Positions 19,539 to 21,257 of a stretch of DNA of 21,257 bases are shown piece by piece. Below the pieces are notes generated by a model. That model was given only the letters and a program-made list of their open reading frames with translations. It had not been told where the DNA came from and searched no databases. Origin of the DNA: Synechococcus sp. (GTDB taxonomy: Bacteria; Cyanobacteriota; Cyanobacteriia; Thermostichales; PCC-7336); NCBI GenBank assembly GCA_051439425.1, contig JBFRWD010000057.1, positions 1 through 21,257 of the forward strand. The letters run 5' to 3'. Within the stretch, counting starts at the first letter, position 1, and each line of letters begins with the position of its first letter. The position numbers were made by a program, and so were the translations under genes.

Positions 19539-21257
19539 ATGTCGCACTCAGTAGAGAAGACCCGAGGTAAGTGTGACAACCACCTGTCGAAACAACCCAG
19601 AAGCCTCTCCTCCGACCCTCATACCAGGGACATTGAGATCGATCGGTTCTCTACAGCAGTACAGCACCATCGAAACGGTCAGTTAGAGCAGGCAGAACAG
19701 CTCTACAAACACTGCATTGTCCAAAACCAAAACCCTGCAGAGGCTCATTCAAATCTTGGCGTTATTTGCCTTAGCAACAAGCGTCTCGACGAAGGGATCC
19801 AACACTTCAAAACGGCTCTATCCATACGCCCAACCTACCTTTCAGCATTAAAAAATCTTGGCAATGCCTTGTTTTCCCAAAACAAGCCCAAAGCAGCCAT
19901 AGAGCACTATGAACAAGCGCTCTCTCTTTCTCCCAACGATATTGAGATACTCGTCAGCCTTGCCAACGCTGCACAGGCAAGTCAAGACTACGATCGGGCC
20001 ATTAGCTATTATCACCAAGCCATCGAGCAATCTCCTAATAATCCCGAACTCCCATACAGCCTTGCGCAAACCCTAAAAAAACAAGGAAATATTGATGTTG
20101 CAATCCAACAATTTCACCAAGCCCTTTCTCACTTTCCTAACAACTTTAAATTAACCGCAGGCTTGGCCTCATCCTACTTATATCAGGATCGGATAGAAAC
20201 AGCTACTACCCACTATTTAGAAGCCTTAAAGCTTAACCCAGGTTCTGCTTCAGCATGGGGTGGACTTGGACTCTCTTATCACGCAATGGGGCGTTTTCGG
20301 GACGGAATTTCTGCCTATTACAAAGCACTTGAGATCGAACCAAACAATGCGAGAATTCATACTTCTTTTGCCATTCTCTTAATGTTAGTCGGGGAATTTC
20401 GAGAAGGATGGCAGAGCTATCAATATCGGTTTAAGTACAAACCCGATCTAATGAGATCTCCTTCCCAGCTCGAACAGTGGGATGGAGACTTTGACTGTGA
20501 CGAAATCATTCTGATCGACGAACAGGGAATCGGCGACACGTTTCAATTCATTCGCTATGCCCAACTTCTCCGCCAACATTTTTCTAAAGTAACAGTCTGC
20601 GTTCCCACCAAATTGATTGAGCTATTGCAATACTCCCTTTCCGACCCTGGAATTTCCATTCACCATTCTTTCAACTATGCACTAGGTACGACGAAGGCTC
20701 GCTGGGTCCCCATGTTGTCTGTACCTCAATATTTTGGTATCACTCGCGATACTCCAATTCTCAATCCCCCTTATCTATCCGCACCGCCCGAACATATTGA
20801 ACATTGGCGTCAACAACTGCAGACTTCTCCCGATAAAATGCTGATTGGCCTCAATTGGCAGGGAAATCCTGCGCAAGAGTACTTATTAATGAAGGGGAGA
20901 TCGTTTCACCTTGAACAATTTGCATGGCTTAGTGAGATTCCGGGGATTGAATTAGTCTCGCTTCAAAAAGGGAAAGGCTCCGAACAACTGGAGACTTGTT
21001 CTTTTGCCGATGCATTTATCGCCAATCAAGCCAAGGTGAATGATGCCTGGGACTATGTCGATACGGCGGCGATTTTTATGAACTGCGATCTCATCATCAC
21101 ATCAGATACATCTGTCGCACATCTGGCTGGCGCACTGGGCAAGCCAACGTGGATCCTGCTCCAAAGCATTCCGGAATGGCGCTGGGGACTCGCAGGAAAG
21201 AATACCGCCTGGTACCCATCAGCCCAACTCTTCCGCCAAACTGAGCCGGGAGACTGG
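19539..21257 (+). CDS. TPR-repeat protein with C-terminal GT-B (GT9-like) glycosyltransferase domain; truncated by window end
   Basis: Manual translation of frame +3 from ATG 19539 (MSHSVEK...): about 7 TPRs (AHSNLG, ALKNLGNAL, AWGGLGLSY), then GEFREGWQSYQYRF, EQGIGDTFQFIRY, IGLNWQGNP, SLQKG, DLIITSDTSVAHLAGALGKP, WRWG, WYPS..LFRQ..PGDW. Absent from the ORF track because there is no stop in the window. Confidence 0.92.
   Translation, partial: MSHSVEKTRGKCDNHLSKQPRSLSSDPHTRDIEIDRFSTAVQHHRNGQLEQAEQLYKHCIVQNQNPAEAHSNLGVICLSNKRLDEGIQHFKTALSIRPTYLSALKNLGNALFSQNKPKAAIEHYEQALSLSPNDIEILVSLANAAQASQDYDRAISYYHQAIEQSPNNPELPYSLAQTLKKQGNIDVAIQQFHQALSHFPNNFKLTAGLASSYLYQDRIETATTHYLEALKLNPGSASAWGGLGLSYHAMGRFRDGISAYYKALEIEPNNARIHTSFAILLMLVGEFREGWQSYQYRFKYKPDLMRSPSQLEQWDGDFDCDEIILIDEQGIGDTFQFIRYAQLLRQHFSKVTVCVPTKLIELLQYSLSDPGISIHHSFNYALGTTKARWVPMLSVPQYFGITRDTPILNPPYLSAPPEHIEHWRQQLQTSPDKMLIGLNWQGNPAQEYLLMKGRSFHLEQFAWLSEIPGIELVSLQKGKGSEQLETCSFADAFIANQAKVNDAWDYVDTAAIFMNCDLIITSDTSVAHLAGALGKPTWILLQSIPEWRWGLAGKNTAWYPSAQLFRQTEPGDW

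Noticed and set aside
19326..20069. ORFs 19326-19547 and 19848-20069 (minus strand)
   Set aside because: No motifs; the second is antisense to the TPR-GT gene and the first overlaps its start.

Overview
Cyanobacterial chromosomal DNA: psbZ, bciB and a probable apcG are present, and I counted 11 perfect HIP1 octamers (GCGATCGC) by eye. The left ~9.5 kb looks accessory. It holds the 5' end of a probable GST gene divergent from an HxlR-family regulator, then an isoaspartyl peptidase/asparaginase (iaaA) downstream of an uncharacterised ATP-grasp ligase, an RHH-like hypothetical, a 191-bp internally deleted IS6-family relic, and an RND efflux adaptor plus permease. The right part is mostly housekeeping: mgsA-DAG-kinase fusion, pgm, a minus-strand run SDR-folE-psbZ-ribH-CBS, probable phycobilisome linker ApcG, bciB and ilvN. 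A TPR/GT9-like glycosyltransferase starts at 19539 and runs off the window; the ORF track missed it. A ~105-bp MITE-like repeat occurs twice, 14.9 kb apart (~80% identical). The best candidate for an undescribed system is the ATP-grasp + isoaspartyl peptidase pair, a possible beta-aspartyl 'make-and-break' module; this is inference only. All assignments rest on motif recognition, with no database searches.
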